From: an uncultured Phycisphaerales bacterium | GTDB lineage: Bacteria > Planctomycetota > Phycisphaerae > Phycisphaerales > SM1A02 | Direction of reading: 5' to 3' | DNA: 64,000 nt | Assembly: GCA_938084645.1 (NCBI GenBank) | Contig: CALKEP010000033.1 | Coordinates: 56,515-120,514 of the forward strand | Part shown: positions 11,704-21,159 of the stretch, in pieces | Position numbering within the stretch: position 1 is the first letter of the stretch | Layout of the letters: each line of letters opens with the position of its first letter | Translations under genes and position numbers: made by a program | The notes under the pieces: model-generated | The model's input: the letters and a program-made list of their open reading frames with translations, nothing else | What the model was told of the DNA's origin: nothing | Database searches by the model: none

Positions 11704-12471
11704 ATGGCCGAGCGAAGTCCGGATGGCGTCCCGAACACCACCGAAGCTGACGTCGATCGGCGATGCATGCTGGGCGAGGTCGCACGCTCGCTCCTTGCCG
11801 GGGGCATGGTCGCGGCGGGACTCGGTGCCTGCTCGTCGACGCCGAGCCGGTCGACCGGCGTCCAACCCGACTGGCCCACGCCCGGGCGGGGAAGCACTCG
11901 TTCCGCGTCCACGGAGATCGTGAAGCCCAGCACTGCGGGAGCGGACCAGCGATTCCGTCACGTGGCGGCGCGGGCCTCGTGGACCGGCGTGAAGCCCGAT
12001 TACGCGGACATGAATCGGATGACTCCGATTCGAGCGATCACCGTCCACCACGACGGTCTTCCCACGCCGCTCGCATCGAGCCGGACCAGGGACACCGAGG
12101 ACCGGCTCCGCCTGATTCAACGGGCGCATGTCAACAGTCGTGGGTGGGCGGACATCGGCTACCACTACGCGATCGATCGGGCCGGCCGGGTCTGGGCGTG
12201 TCGGCCCGTGACCTGGCAAGGCGCGCACGTCAAGAATCGCAACGAGGGCAACATCGGGGTCCTCGTGCTGGGCAACTTCGAGACCGAGCGTCCCTCGACG
12301 GCGCAGCTTTCGGGGCTCGCCATGCACCTCAAGACCCTCTCCGTCGCCTATCGGGTTCCCGTGTCGCGGATCTACACGCACCGCGAGTGGCCGGGGGCCG
12401 CGACGCAGTGCCCGGGTCGGAATCTGCAGCCGTCGATCAACCGGATCCGCAGCCGCGGGCTGGTCGCCTGA
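11704..12471 (+). CDS. N-acetylmuramoyl-L-alanine amidase (Amidase_2/PGRP-like), putative lipoprotein
   Basis: ITVHH, GWADIGYHYAID, GAHVK...NIGV, YTHRE...TQCPG. N-terminal RR and LGAC lipobox. Confidence 0.88.
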   Translation: MAERSPDGVPNTTEADVDRRCMLGEVARSLLAGGMVAAGLGACSSTPSRSTGVQPDWPTPGRGSTRSASTEIVKPSTAGADQRFRHVAARASWTGVKPDYADMNRMTPIRAITVHHDGLPTPLASSRTRDTEDRLRLIQRAHVNSRGWADIGYHYAIDRAGRVWACRPVTWQGAHVKNRNEGNIGVLVLGNFETERPSTAQLSGLAMHLKTLSVAYRVPVSRIYTHREWPGAATQCPGRNLQPSINRIRSRGLVA

Positions 12472-12512
12472 TCCGGAAGGCCGCACCGTTCACGGCGTGG
12501 TCGAGTGATGAC

Positions 12513-12710
12513 TCAGGATCGATCGCGGTCACGCTGCAGCTCGCGATCGAAGGCTTCCGGCGACTCGCCGCGACCGATCGCGGCACGACGATCGTCGGCG
12601 TCGAGCTTGGCCTGAAGCTCCTCGTCTCCGGACTCGCGTTGGTTCACGACCTTCCAGATGAACCAGCCGACGATCAGCATCGAGGCCGTCATGGCGAGCA
12701 TTTCGATCAT
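12513..12710 (-). CDS. small single-pass membrane protein
   Basis: 65 aa with a GAGGAGG Shine-Dalgarno, an N-terminal hydrophobic helix and a charged tail. Lies directly downstream of xylB. Confidence 0.65.
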   Translation of the reverse strand: MIEMLAMTASMLIVGWFIWKVVNQRESGDEELQAKLDADDRRAAIGRGESPEAFDRELQRDRDRS

Positions 12711-12734
12711 CGGGCGGATCCTCCTCGGTCGATG

Positions 12735-14249
12735 TCAGCCGTTGCCGGCGATGGCGGGAAACTCGGGCTGAAGCGCGGGGTAGAGCCGGGCGAAGATCTC
12801 GTGCCGCGCCGCAAGGACTTCGCGGTCGGGGCCCGGTTCGATTCGATCTCGTTCGCTTGAGACCGAATCACAGGCCTCCTCCACGCTTGCGAACGCGCCG
12901 GCGCCGACCGCGGCGAGGATCGCCGCTCCGCAGGCGGTGGCCTCCGTGGTGCTCGTGGTGGTGACGGGAACACCGAAGAGGTCGGCGCAAGTCCGCCTCC
13001 AGAGTCCGCTCTTCGCGCCGCCGCCTGAAAGGGTGACGGATCGGGGGCTCACCCCGGTGGATCGGATGAGCTCGAGACACTGGGCGAGCCCGTGGGTCAC
13101 GCCTTCGAACACGGCTCGAGCGAGGTGTCGTCGATCGTGTCGGAGATCGAGGCCGATGAACGCGCCACGGGCATCCGCATCGGGCCACGGAGTGCGCTCT
13201 CCCGAGAGATAGGGCAGGAAGAGCAGGCCGTCGGCGCCGGCCGGGACCTCGTTCGCCATCGCCTCGATTCGCGGGAAGGCATCGTCACCCGCGGCTTCGT
13301 CGAGGTCGGGCACGATGGCGTTCCGGAACCAATCGAGGCTTCCGGCCCCGGAGAGCATGACCCCCATCAGATGCCATCGTCCGGGCACCGCATGACAGAA
13401 GGCGTGCAGGCGCCCGTCGGGCGTGGATCGCCACGAATCGGTCGGTGCGAAGACCACGCCGCTGGTGCCGAGCGTGGTGCCGACGCGTCCCTCGGATACG
13501 AGTCCGGTCCCGATCGCGGAGGCCGCCTGATCCCCGGCGCCGGCGACGATCGGAATGCTCGGACGCAGGCCGGTCTCGGCCGCGGCGACATCGGAGATCG
13601 CCGCCACGACTTCGGGCCCCTCCGCCGCATGAGGCCACCAGGATCGAGGGAGATCGAGTTCGGTCAGCAGATCGTCCGCCCATGTCCTGCGGGCGCAATC
13701 GAAGACGGCGGTGCCCGAGGCGTCGGAGACGTCCGTCACCATCTCGCCCGAGAGCCGGTAGCGAATCCAGTCCTTGGGAAGCAGGACGGTCTCGATGCGT
13801 GCGTAGGCGTCGGGCTCGTGCTCCCGCATCCAGAGCAGTTTCGGCGCCGTGAAGCCGGGGAGCATGCGATTGCCGCACGCCGCCACGAGATGCTCGATCC
13901 CGAGCCGTTCCTCGACCGCGCGACACTGGGGCTGGCTTCGCCCGTCGTTCCAGAGGATGGCCGGTCGCACCGGCACGCCCTCGGCATCGAGCGCCACCAG
14001 ACCGTGCATCTGCCCCGTCACGCCCACCGCGTCGATGGATGCGGCGTCGATTCCCGCATCGCGACAGGCGTCGCGGATCGCGGCGAGGGAACTCGGCCAC
14101 CACGCCTCGGGATCCTGCTCGGACCAGCCCGGCCGAGGAGCGTCGGGCTCGTGTCGTCCGGATCCGGTTCCCAGGACCTTTCCGGCGTCGTCGAGGACGA
14201 TCGCCTTGGTTCCGCTGGTCCCGACGTCGATCCCGAGGAAGCGGCTCAT
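12735..14249 (-). CDS. xylB: xylulokinase
   Basis: LGIDVGTSGTKA, GQMHGLV, RPAILWND, GFTAPKLLW, DASGT, TLGTSGVV, LPYLSGERTP. Confidence 0.95.
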   Translation of the reverse strand: MSRFLGIDVGTSGTKAIVLDDAGKVLGTGSGRHEPDAPRPGWSEQDPEAWWPSSLAAIRDACRDAGIDAASIDAVGVTGQMHGLVALDAEGVPVRPAILWNDGRSQPQCRAVEERLGIEHLVAACGNRMLPGFTAPKLLWMREHEPDAYARIETVLLPKDWIRYRLSGEMVTDVSDASGTAVFDCARRTWADDLLTELDLPRSWWPHAAEGPEVVAAISDVAAAETGLRPSIPIVAGAGDQAASAIGTGLVSEGRVGTTLGTSGVVFAPTDSWRSTPDGRLHAFCHAVPGRWHLMGVMLSGAGSLDWFRNAIVPDLDEAAGDDAFPRIEAMANEVPAGADGLLFLPYLSGERTPWPDADARGAFIGLDLRHDRRHLARAVFEGVTHGLAQCLELIRSTGVSPRSVTLSGGGAKSGLWRRTCADLFGVPVTTTSTTEATACGAAILAAVGAGAFASVEEACDSVSSERDRIEPGPDREVLAARHEIFARLYPALQPEFPAIAGNG

Positions 14250-14305
14250 GCTTGGAGGCTCATGCGGGGAATGATATGACGGCCCGTGTCGTCGCGGAAT
14301 GACGA

Positions 14306-14965
14306 TCAGTGATCGGGAATGCCGTCTCCGTCATGATCGTGGTCATGGTGGTCGTGATCGTGATGGTCATGCACGATGTTGGCATTCTCCTCGCCGGCGA
14401 GGGAGCCGAGCCGGAGGGAGCCGCGTTCCGGGCGACCGCCCACCCAGATGCGGTCGGCATCGACGACGAAGAGGCCATCGTCGTTTCGATCGCCGACCGT
14501 GCCTTCCACCACCACGAAACGCAGCGGGGCGAGGCCGCCCGCGCCTTCCGCGTTGGCCGCGATCGGGTCACCGGATTCGCCGATGAAGCGAATGGTCGCG
14601 AGGCCTGCGGTGAGCGCGTTCACTTCCTCGCAGCAGTAGTCCCAGGGGATCGGGCAGTGATCCTCTTCGCCCATCACCTCGCAGGAGAGCAGGGAGGGAT
14701 CAGCCACCGTGAACATCGCCATGCCGTCGACGAAAGGTTCGGACCGGCCACCGATTCGGGCGAGGAAGGAGACCTGGTCGCCGACCTTCGCGGTCGGCTT
14801 GACCTTGATCAGGTCGGGCACTTCCGCCGGACGGTTCTTCGTGAAGTACGCGGCGGGGATCGCGGCCGCGACGGGGGTCGCGGGTTCGGGGCTGGCGGGT
14901 TCGCATCCGGCGAACAGCAATCCGGTGACGGTGCAGGCGGCGAGGGTGATCGTCTTGAGGTTCAT
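14306..14965 (-). CDS. Cys/His-rich lipoprotein (C-x7-HC-x2-PWDYCC, His-Asp tail)
   Basis: Lipobox LFAGC, SCEVMGEEDHCPIPWDYCCE, C-terminal HDHHDHDHHDHDHD. Last gene of the ABC/TolC operon. Confidence 0.85.
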   Translation of the reverse strand: MNLKTITLAACTVTGLLFAGCEPASPEPATPVAAAIPAAYFTKNRPAEVPDLIKVKPTAKVGDQVSFLARIGGRSEPFVDGMAMFTVADPSLLSCEVMGEEDHCPIPWDYCCEEVNALTAGLATIRFIGESGDPIAANAEGAGGLAPLRFVVVEGTVGDRNDDGLFVVDADRIWVGGRPERGSLRLGSLAGEENANIVHDHHDHDHHDHDHDGDGIPDH

Positions 14966-15010
14966 GGTTCTGGGTCTCCGAGAAACGAGGTCGAGAGAAG
15001 AGTAGGGGAT

Positions 15011-16180
15011 TCAGGCGGCGCGAAGCGCTTCCGGGACCGGAAGTCGAAGGCAGCGGATCGCCGGCACGAGGGCGCCGAAGACGCCGAGAAGCAGGCCTGC
15101 GAGCAGGCTCAGGACGAGGACGCCGGGACCGATCGAGAGCCCGAAGATCCCCATGGAGAAGCGAATGGTGGCCTGGTCGAGGACCAGCATCCCGATGGCG
15201 GCGGCGACCAGCCCCCCGATCGAGGCGGTGAGGACCGATTCGAGGACGAGACTTCGGACGATCGCCGGACGGGTGTAGCCGAGGGTCTGCAGCGTTCCGA
15301 TCTCGCGGACGCGACTCGCGAATGCGGCATAGGTCGTGTTCAAGCCTCCGATCACCCCGCCCGTCGCGACGAGGATCGCGGTCACGATGACCATGAGTCG
15401 GATGGGCGTGAAGAAGGCGGCGAGGGACGCGTAGTAGTCGCTCTCCCGGAGGGCCACGAGTTCCAGATCGATCCGAGTCGCCGCGAAACCGTTCGCGGAC
15501 GTCATGTTCTCGGAGTCGAGCCTGATCACGACGCAGGAGAGCGTGTCTCGTTTCGCGACGATCAGCAGATCCGAGAGCGGCATCCAGATCTCACCCTCGA
15601 TGACGCCACCGTCCGCCTCGAGCAGGCCCACGATCGTGAAGGGGCGGTCGTCCACGGTCAGCCTGGCGCCGAGCGCGTCCTCCGGGCGTTCCCACCCGAG
15701 CCCCCGGGCGGCGAGCGCGCCGACCGCGATCTCGTCGCTTCCATTCGCCGGGAGTCGTCCCGCCGTGAGTCGTGCTTCGCGATGCACGAGGAACGCCGCC
15801 GGCGTGACGCCTCGGAAGATCATGTTGATGGTGTCCTCCTCGGCGTCTCCGTCGAGGAGCACCGGGATCGCGAAGTGGATCTCGGGGGAGACCGCGTCGA
15901 CGCCGGCGATGCGTTCGACGCCGCGGATTCCGGACGCCGCGATCCCGGTCGTGCGCATGGGGATCTCGCTGCGTTCCACGCTCTCCTCGCTGCCTGCCCC
16001 GATCAACATCACGTTGTTCGGAGAACCACTGGTGCGGAGCGATTGCTGCATTCCAGTGACGAATCCGCCTGCGGCCATCACCAGCAGGACGACGAGGCCG
16101 CAGCCACCCGCGCTGAGAAGCAGGCGGACCGGATTCCGGGTCATGTTCCGAACGGCGTATTCGAATGGAAGTCCTTGCAT
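15011..16180 (-). CDS. ABC transporter permease, MacB/FtsX family
   Basis: YAVRNMTRNPVR plus TM1, large periplasmic domain, RVREIGTLQTLGY, three C-terminal TMs, EALRA. Confidence 0.92.
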   Translation of the reverse strand: MQGLPFEYAVRNMTRNPVRLLLSAGGCGLVVLLVMAAGGFVTGMQQSLRTSGSPNNVMLIGAGSEESVERSEIPMRTTGIAASGIRGVERIAGVDAVSPEIHFAIPVLLDGDAEEDTINMIFRGVTPAAFLVHREARLTAGRLPANGSDEIAVGALAARGLGWERPEDALGARLTVDDRPFTIVGLLEADGGVIEGEIWMPLSDLLIVAKRDTLSCVVIRLDSENMTSANGFAATRIDLELVALRESDYYASLAAFFTPIRLMVIVTAILVATGGVIGGLNTTYAAFASRVREIGTLQTLGYTRPAIVRSLVLESVLTASIGGLVAAAIGMLVLDQATIRFSMGIFGLSIGPGVLVLSLLAGLLLGVFGALVPAIRCLRLPVPEALRAA

Positions 16181-16199
16181 GGTCGTGTCCTCGGGGCGA

Positions 16200-17360
16200 T
16201 CAGATCGCCCGCAGTCCTTCCGTGATCTCGCTCCGTGCCGCACGCACCGCGGGAACCGCACCGGCGAGCAGGCCGAGGATGATCGCGATTCCGGCCCCGA
16301 TCATCGCGAGTCGCGGATCGTTGACGATCTCGACGTTGACCCCCTCCATCGTCATGCTGAACCGTCCGAAGGAGATCAGGACGGTCGAGGCCACGCCGCC
16401 GATCACGCCGCCCGCGGCACCGAGGATCGCGCCTTCGAGGAGCACCATCCATGCAAGCAGTCCGCCCGTGTAGCCGAGCGTCTGCAGGACCGCCTGATCG
16501 CGGATTCGATCCCGCATCGCCAGGATGATCGCGTTCGCGATCAGGGCGAGCACCGCGGCGAGGGACGCCCATCCGACCCAGCCCGCGAAGCTCACGAGCT
16601 CCACCACGTCCCGGACCGCCCGGCCGACGAAGGCCTTCTCCGGCCAGGTGCTGGTCGGATGCTCGTCATGCTTGAACTCGGCGTCGATGATGGCCGCGAT
16701 CTCCTCCATGCGGGCGGGCGTGTCGACGGTGACGTTGAACTGGGTCACGATCCCCCCGGTGCCGCCGCGGGTGACGGTCTCCTGCAGGAACGGAAGCTGC
16801 ACGTAGGCGACGTTCCGATCCTGGGCCCGTTCGCTCTCGAGGATGCCGGCGACGTAGACCGTCACGCCGGCGGCGCTGAACCGGTCACCCACCGAAACGC
16901 CCCTTCGGGCGGCGAGCGACTCGCCCACGACCGCCGCGTCGCCGCGACGACGCCAGTCCTCCGGCGTGCCCTCCACGAGCCGGCCCGCTTCGCCGAGGGT
17001 CGATTCGAGGTCGTCCGTCGGAACGCCTCGGAACGTGACCACGTCGAGGCTGGCCCGGCAGTTGGAGACGAGGATCTGCATCGGAATCACCGCGCTCACG
17101 CCCTCGATCCGTTCGATCCGGTCGCCGTAGAACTGCGGCAGCCGACTGGTGAAGGGGCAGAAGCGATTCTCGCGATAGACGACGAGCGTCGCATCCTCGG
17201 CGGACGCCTGGGTCGCATCGTCCACCCCCGCCCGCATCGCTTCGACGCTGGTGAAGAGGAACATCGCGACCGCGATGCCGCTCACCGTGAGCAGGGTCCG
17301 GACGGGCGTGCGCACGATCTGACGCCAGACGGTGGGAATGACTGCGAGGGATTGCTTCAT
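16200..17360 (-). CDS. ABC transporter permease, MacB/FtsX family
   Basis: RQIVRTPVRTLLT plus TM, periplasmic RENRFCPFTSRLP and SNCRASLD, RIRDQAVLQTLGY, EGLRAI. Start overlaps the ATPase stop (ATGA). Confidence 0.92.
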   Translation of the reverse strand: MKQSLAVIPTVWRQIVRTPVRTLLTVSGIAVAMFLFTSVEAMRAGVDDATQASAEDATLVVYRENRFCPFTSRLPQFYGDRIERIEGVSAVIPMQILVSNCRASLDVVTFRGVPTDDLESTLGEAGRLVEGTPEDWRRRGDAAVVGESLAARRGVSVGDRFSAAGVTVYVAGILESERAQDRNVAYVQLPFLQETVTRGGTGGIVTQFNVTVDTPARMEEIAAIIDAEFKHDEHPTSTWPEKAFVGRAVRDVVELVSFAGWVGWASLAAVLALIANAIILAMRDRIRDQAVLQTLGYTGGLLAWMVLLEGAILGAAGGVIGGVASTVLISFGRFSMTMEGVNVEIVNDPRLAMIGAGIAIILGLLAGAVPAVRAARSEITEGLRAI

Positions 17361-18070
17361 GCGATGGTCTCCGTTCCGGCCGCGATGGTGGGGGTCTCGG
17401 ACTCCACGAGTCGACCCTTCTCCAGATGGAGCACCGTGTCGCACCACTCGGTGGTCTTCGGATCATGGGTCACCATCACGATGGTGCGTCCGAGGTCGCG
17501 ATTCAGTCGGGCGAGGAGATCCATGATCGTCGTCGCGCTCTCGCGATCGAGGTCCCCGGTCGGCTCGTCGGCGAGGATCAGCGTCGGGTCCGTGACGATG
17601 GCCCGCGCGATCGCGACCCGCTGCTCCTGCCCGCCCGAGAGCTGCCTCGGATGGTGGTCGCTTCGATCGGCGATGCCCACGAGATCGAGGGCCGCGGCGA
17701 CCCGCCGGTGTCGTTCGCGACGAGAGATCGGATGGAGAAGCAGCGGCAGTTCCACGTTCTCGTACGCGGAGAGGACGGGCACGAGGTTGTACAGCTGGAA
17801 GATGTACCCGACCGATTCGCTCCGCCACCGGGCGAGCGGGCCTCGGGCGAGTTCGTGGATGGGTCGGCCGTCGATCACCAGCGAGCCGCGGGTGGGCCGG
17901 TCGATGCCGGCGAGCAGGTTGAGCAGCGTCGTCTTTCCGGAACCCGACGGTCCCATCAACGCGACGAAGCGTCCCGCATCCATGTCGAGATCGAGCCCGT
18001 CGAGGGGGGTGATCGCTTCCGTGCCCCGGTGGTAGGTCCGGGTGAGATCCCGGCATTCGATGAGTGTCAT
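17357..18070 (-). CDS. ABC transporter ATP-binding protein (LolD/MacB-like)
   Basis: GPSGSGKTT, LSGGQEQRVAIARA, ILADEPTGDLD, MVTHD. Confidence 0.97.
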   Translation of the reverse strand: MTLIECRDLTRTYHRGTEAITPLDGLDLDMDAGRFVALMGPSGSGKTTLLNLLAGIDRPTRGSLVIDGRPIHELARGPLARWRSESVGYIFQLYNLVPVLSAYENVELPLLLHPISRRERHRRVAAALDLVGIADRSDHHPRQLSGGQEQRVAIARAIVTDPTLILADEPTGDLDRESATTIMDLLARLNRDLGRTIVMVTHDPKTTEWCDTVLHLEKGRLVESETPTIAAGTETIA

Positions 18071-19614
18071 GCGTCCGCTCCCAGATTGCTTTCCTCGATC
18101 CGGACGGCGTCACCTTCGCCGACGCCGTCCCCGAGAATCACCATGTCGCCGGCCCGCAGTCCGGACCGGATCTCGATCCAGCCTTCGAACATCCGGTCGC
18201 CGACCTCGACCACGCGACGATTCGCGATGCCTTCGCGACCGCGGCGATTCGCCACGATCCAGATCCGACCCGAATCGTCGATCGCATCCGCGGGCGCGAA
18301 GACCCGGTCCACGGTGCGACGTGCCGCCGACGTCTCGTCCTTCCCGGGTGCGAGGATCCGGACCCGGGCGAGCATGTCGGGTTTGAGCAGCGGTGACGGA
18401 TCGTCGATGTGGACCTTCGCCTCCACCGTGTTCTTGGAGACGTCGGCCCGGTGGACGAATCGAGTGACCCGGCCCTTGAACACGACGTCCGGAAGCAGGT
18501 CGATCACGATCTCCGCGGGCTGGCCGACGCCGACCTGCGCCGCTTCCGCGAGCGGGATGTCGGCACGGACCTGAAGCATGGCGGGATCGTAGAGATGGAT
18601 CACATGCGCGCCGTGCTGTCCGTTGCCGAACTGGATGGTCGATCCCGGCGAGGTCAGTCGCTCGATGACCACGCCATCGACCGCGGAGCGAACGGTGCAT
18701 CGTTCGAGTGCGAGGGCGGCCGCATCGCGGTCCGCGACCGCACGATCCAGCTCGGCTTCCGCGACCCGAACCGCTGCCTTCGCGTTCTCGAGCTCGAGGG
18801 TCTCGTGAATGAGCAGTTCGCGATTTCTCAGGCTCGCGGCATGCTCCGCCCGGGCGGCCGCGAGCTTCGCGGTCACCGCGTCACGTTCCGCCTCGACGCC
18901 CTCGATCTCGGCGTCGATCGAGCGAAGCCGGATCCGCATCCGTTCGACCGGACCCGCGGCGACCGCGCCTTGCTCGACCAGTTTCGACTTTCGCGCGAGC
19001 TCGTCCTTCAACTCGTCGATCCGAGCCCGGAGCCCCGTGATCCGGGAGGGGTATCCGGCGAGGTCAGCCTCGAGTTGCGCCTCCTTCGCCGCCATGACCG
19101 CGACGCGTCGATCGATTTCGACGAGTTCCTCGATCTCGACGGTGGCGGCCCGCTGCGCCGCGATCGCCGCGTCCAGCACGCCCTGGCGCTGCTCGACCAC
19201 GGCTTCGGTTCGACGATGCGCGATCTCGGCATCGTCGGGGACGAGCCTGGCGACGGCCTGACCGGCCTCGACTCGATCGCCCTCGAGCACGAGGATCTCC
19301 GAGACGATGCCCTGCGTCAGGGCCGGCACGTAGGTGGAGTAGGGATCGGCCTCGATCCAGCCCGGGGCCTGCACGAGGACCTGGTTCTCCGGAGTCACGG
19401 TGGACGCGACCGCTTCGATGGACCGGATCGCCACGGCGGTGGCACGGACGTCGGTTCGGGGTCGAACCGCGTCCCAGCCGACGAACGCGACGAGTCCGGA
19501 GGTGGCTGCGAGGATCGTGGCCGGAATCGCGATTCGCGCGATGAAGCGACGTGGCGGTTGGGGGATCCGATCGCCCGCGTCCGGTCTGATGCTCTCGATT
19601 CCTTGGGTGTTCAT
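18067..19614 (-). CDS. periplasmic adaptor / membrane fusion protein (HlyD/MacA-like)
   Basis: N-terminal TM, GIVSEILVLEGDRVEAGQ lipoyl half-motif, long coiled coil, VRSAVDGVV, LKPDMLARV, SGLRAGDMVI. Start trimmed to ATG 19614. Confidence 0.92.
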   Translation of the reverse strand: MNTQGIESIRPDAGDRIPQPPRRFIARIAIPATILAATSGLVAFVGWDAVRPRTDVRATAVAIRSIEAVASTVTPENQVLVQAPGWIEADPYSTYVPALTQGIVSEILVLEGDRVEAGQAVARLVPDDAEIAHRRTEAVVEQRQGVLDAAIAAQRAATVEIEELVEIDRRVAVMAAKEAQLEADLAGYPSRITGLRARIDELKDELARKSKLVEQGAVAAGPVERMRIRLRSIDAEIEGVEAERDAVTAKLAAARAEHAASLRNRELLIHETLELENAKAAVRVAEAELDRAVADRDAAALALERCTVRSAVDGVVIERLTSPGSTIQFGNGQHGAHVIHLYDPAMLQVRADIPLAEAAQVGVGQPAEIVIDLLPDVVFKGRVTRFVHRADVSKNTVEAKVHIDDPSPLLKPDMLARVRILAPGKDETSAARRTVDRVFAPADAIDDSGRIWIVANRRGREGIANRRVVEVGDRMFEGWIEIRSGLRAGDMVILGDGVGEGDAVRIEESNLGADA

Positions 19615-21083
19615 GAGGATTGCTCCATGTTCGTCCGCCCGCCCGAGGGCGAGGGATCGGCGACGGCGGTCTGCGACGCGGCGTCGACGGGGGGGATCGC
19701 GGGGGGTATCGGCTCGAGGTCGAAGGAGCCACCGACCGCTTCTTCGAGCGTGATGCGTTCGACGTGCGATGCGAGCCGGTACTCCACGAGTCGGCGTTCG
19801 ACTTCGACGCGTCGTTGCTGGGCGAGGAGCAGCACCGTGAGATCGATCACGCCTTCCCGATAGGCGGACTCGGCGAGACGCTCCGCTTCGATCGCCGGTT
19901 CCAGCACCGTCTCCGCATAGTCGACGCAACGTCGCGTCGACCGGACGAAGGCCTCCCGGGTCGATCTGGCGGATCCGATCGCGGCGCGACGGACGTCCAG
20001 CAGGTGGAGACGTGCGGCGTCGAGGCGGGCCCGGGCGGCGGCGACCTTCGTCGAGCCGTCGTCGAGGATCGGGAGGGTGATCTTCGCACCCGGGAGCACC
20101 GCCTGGCGGTCGACGAAGTTCCGGTTCCACATCGCACCCACGCCGACTTCCGGCCATCGGGCCGCGCCGGCGAGGCGATGACCCGCCTCGGCCTCCACGA
20201 CGCCCATGCGGGCCGTCGCCACGTCGAGGCGGACCGAGCGGGCGAGTTCGATGATTCGCGACTCGTCGGGAACGGACTGGTTCCGGTCGAGGGTGCCGAC
20301 GGCTTCGAAGGTCGGATCTCGATCAGGGCATCCCATGGCGGCGAGGAGTTCGATCCTCGCCCGGCGCGCGTCGCTTCTCGCCGCGGTCGCGGCCGCGGCG
20401 CTCTCGGCGGCGTCCACGAGGGCGCGATCGAGATCCACGCGAGACGCCTCGCCGACCTCGACGATGCTCGCCACCGTCTCGACGGTGCGGCGAGTCGCTT
20501 CCGCATGCGCCGCGTCCAGCTCGTACAGGGCGTCGCCGGCGACGACCGCGGTGTGGAGACGCCGCACCTCGGCGTCGAGTGCGATCATCTTCTCGGCTGC
20601 TTTCAGGATGGCGGCGCGACGGCTCGCGTCTCGACCATCGACCCTGGCATCGCGGGTCCAGATCCAGGTGAGTTGCTGGGTGATGCCGGCCACCGCGGGA
20701 GCGCCGGACATGCCGTCGACCGCGACGCCGATCGCCAGGTCGACCGCGGGGTTGGGCGGCAGATCGGCCTGGGCGAGTTCGGCACGGGCCAGGTCGAGGT
20801 CCGCGAGCGTGCCTCGGATTCCGGCATCGCGCTGGAAGGCGACTCGTACCGCGGTGTCGGCGTCGAGCGGATCGACGAAGTTCCAGGCGGGCGGAGGAAG
20901 CACCGGCGAACGGGCGACGTCTTCGGCGTCGAAGCGGCCTTCGAGCCTCGATTCGGCGATCTCGTCGACGCGGAGTCGATCCGCGGCGGGGTCGCTGGAG
21001 ATGCAGCCTGGCCCGACGGCGATGACGCCGATGGACGCGGCGATCACACCATGGAGCCTGGATGGGCGTTGGAGTGGGGACAT
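19611..21083 (-). CDS. TolC-family outer membrane efflux protein
   Basis: Lipoprotein-like signal (GPGC), AQADLPPNP, AYREGVIDLTVLLLAQQR, LEEAVGG, helical OEP repeats. Confidence 0.9.
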   Translation of the reverse strand: MSPLQRPSRLHGVIAASIGVIAVGPGCISSDPAADRLRVDEIAESRLEGRFDAEDVARSPVLPPPAWNFVDPLDADTAVRVAFQRDAGIRGTLADLDLARAELAQADLPPNPAVDLAIGVAVDGMSGAPAVAGITQQLTWIWTRDARVDGRDASRRAAILKAAEKMIALDAEVRRLHTAVVAGDALYELDAAHAEATRRTVETVASIVEVGEASRVDLDRALVDAAESAAAATAARSDARRARIELLAAMGCPDRDPTFEAVGTLDRNQSVPDESRIIELARSVRLDVATARMGVVEAEAGHRLAGAARWPEVGVGAMWNRNFVDRQAVLPGAKITLPILDDGSTKVAAARARLDAARLHLLDVRRAAIGSARSTREAFVRSTRRCVDYAETVLEPAIEAERLAESAYREGVIDLTVLLLAQQRRVEVERRLVEYRLASHVERITLEEAVGGSFDLEPIPPAIPPVDAASQTAVADPSPSGGRTNMEQSS

Positions 21084-21159
21084 GTTTGATTCCGGACGAA
21101 CGGCGTGACGACATCCCGAGGATCCGCGGGATCATCGGGAACGGCGGGTTCGTCTGGAA

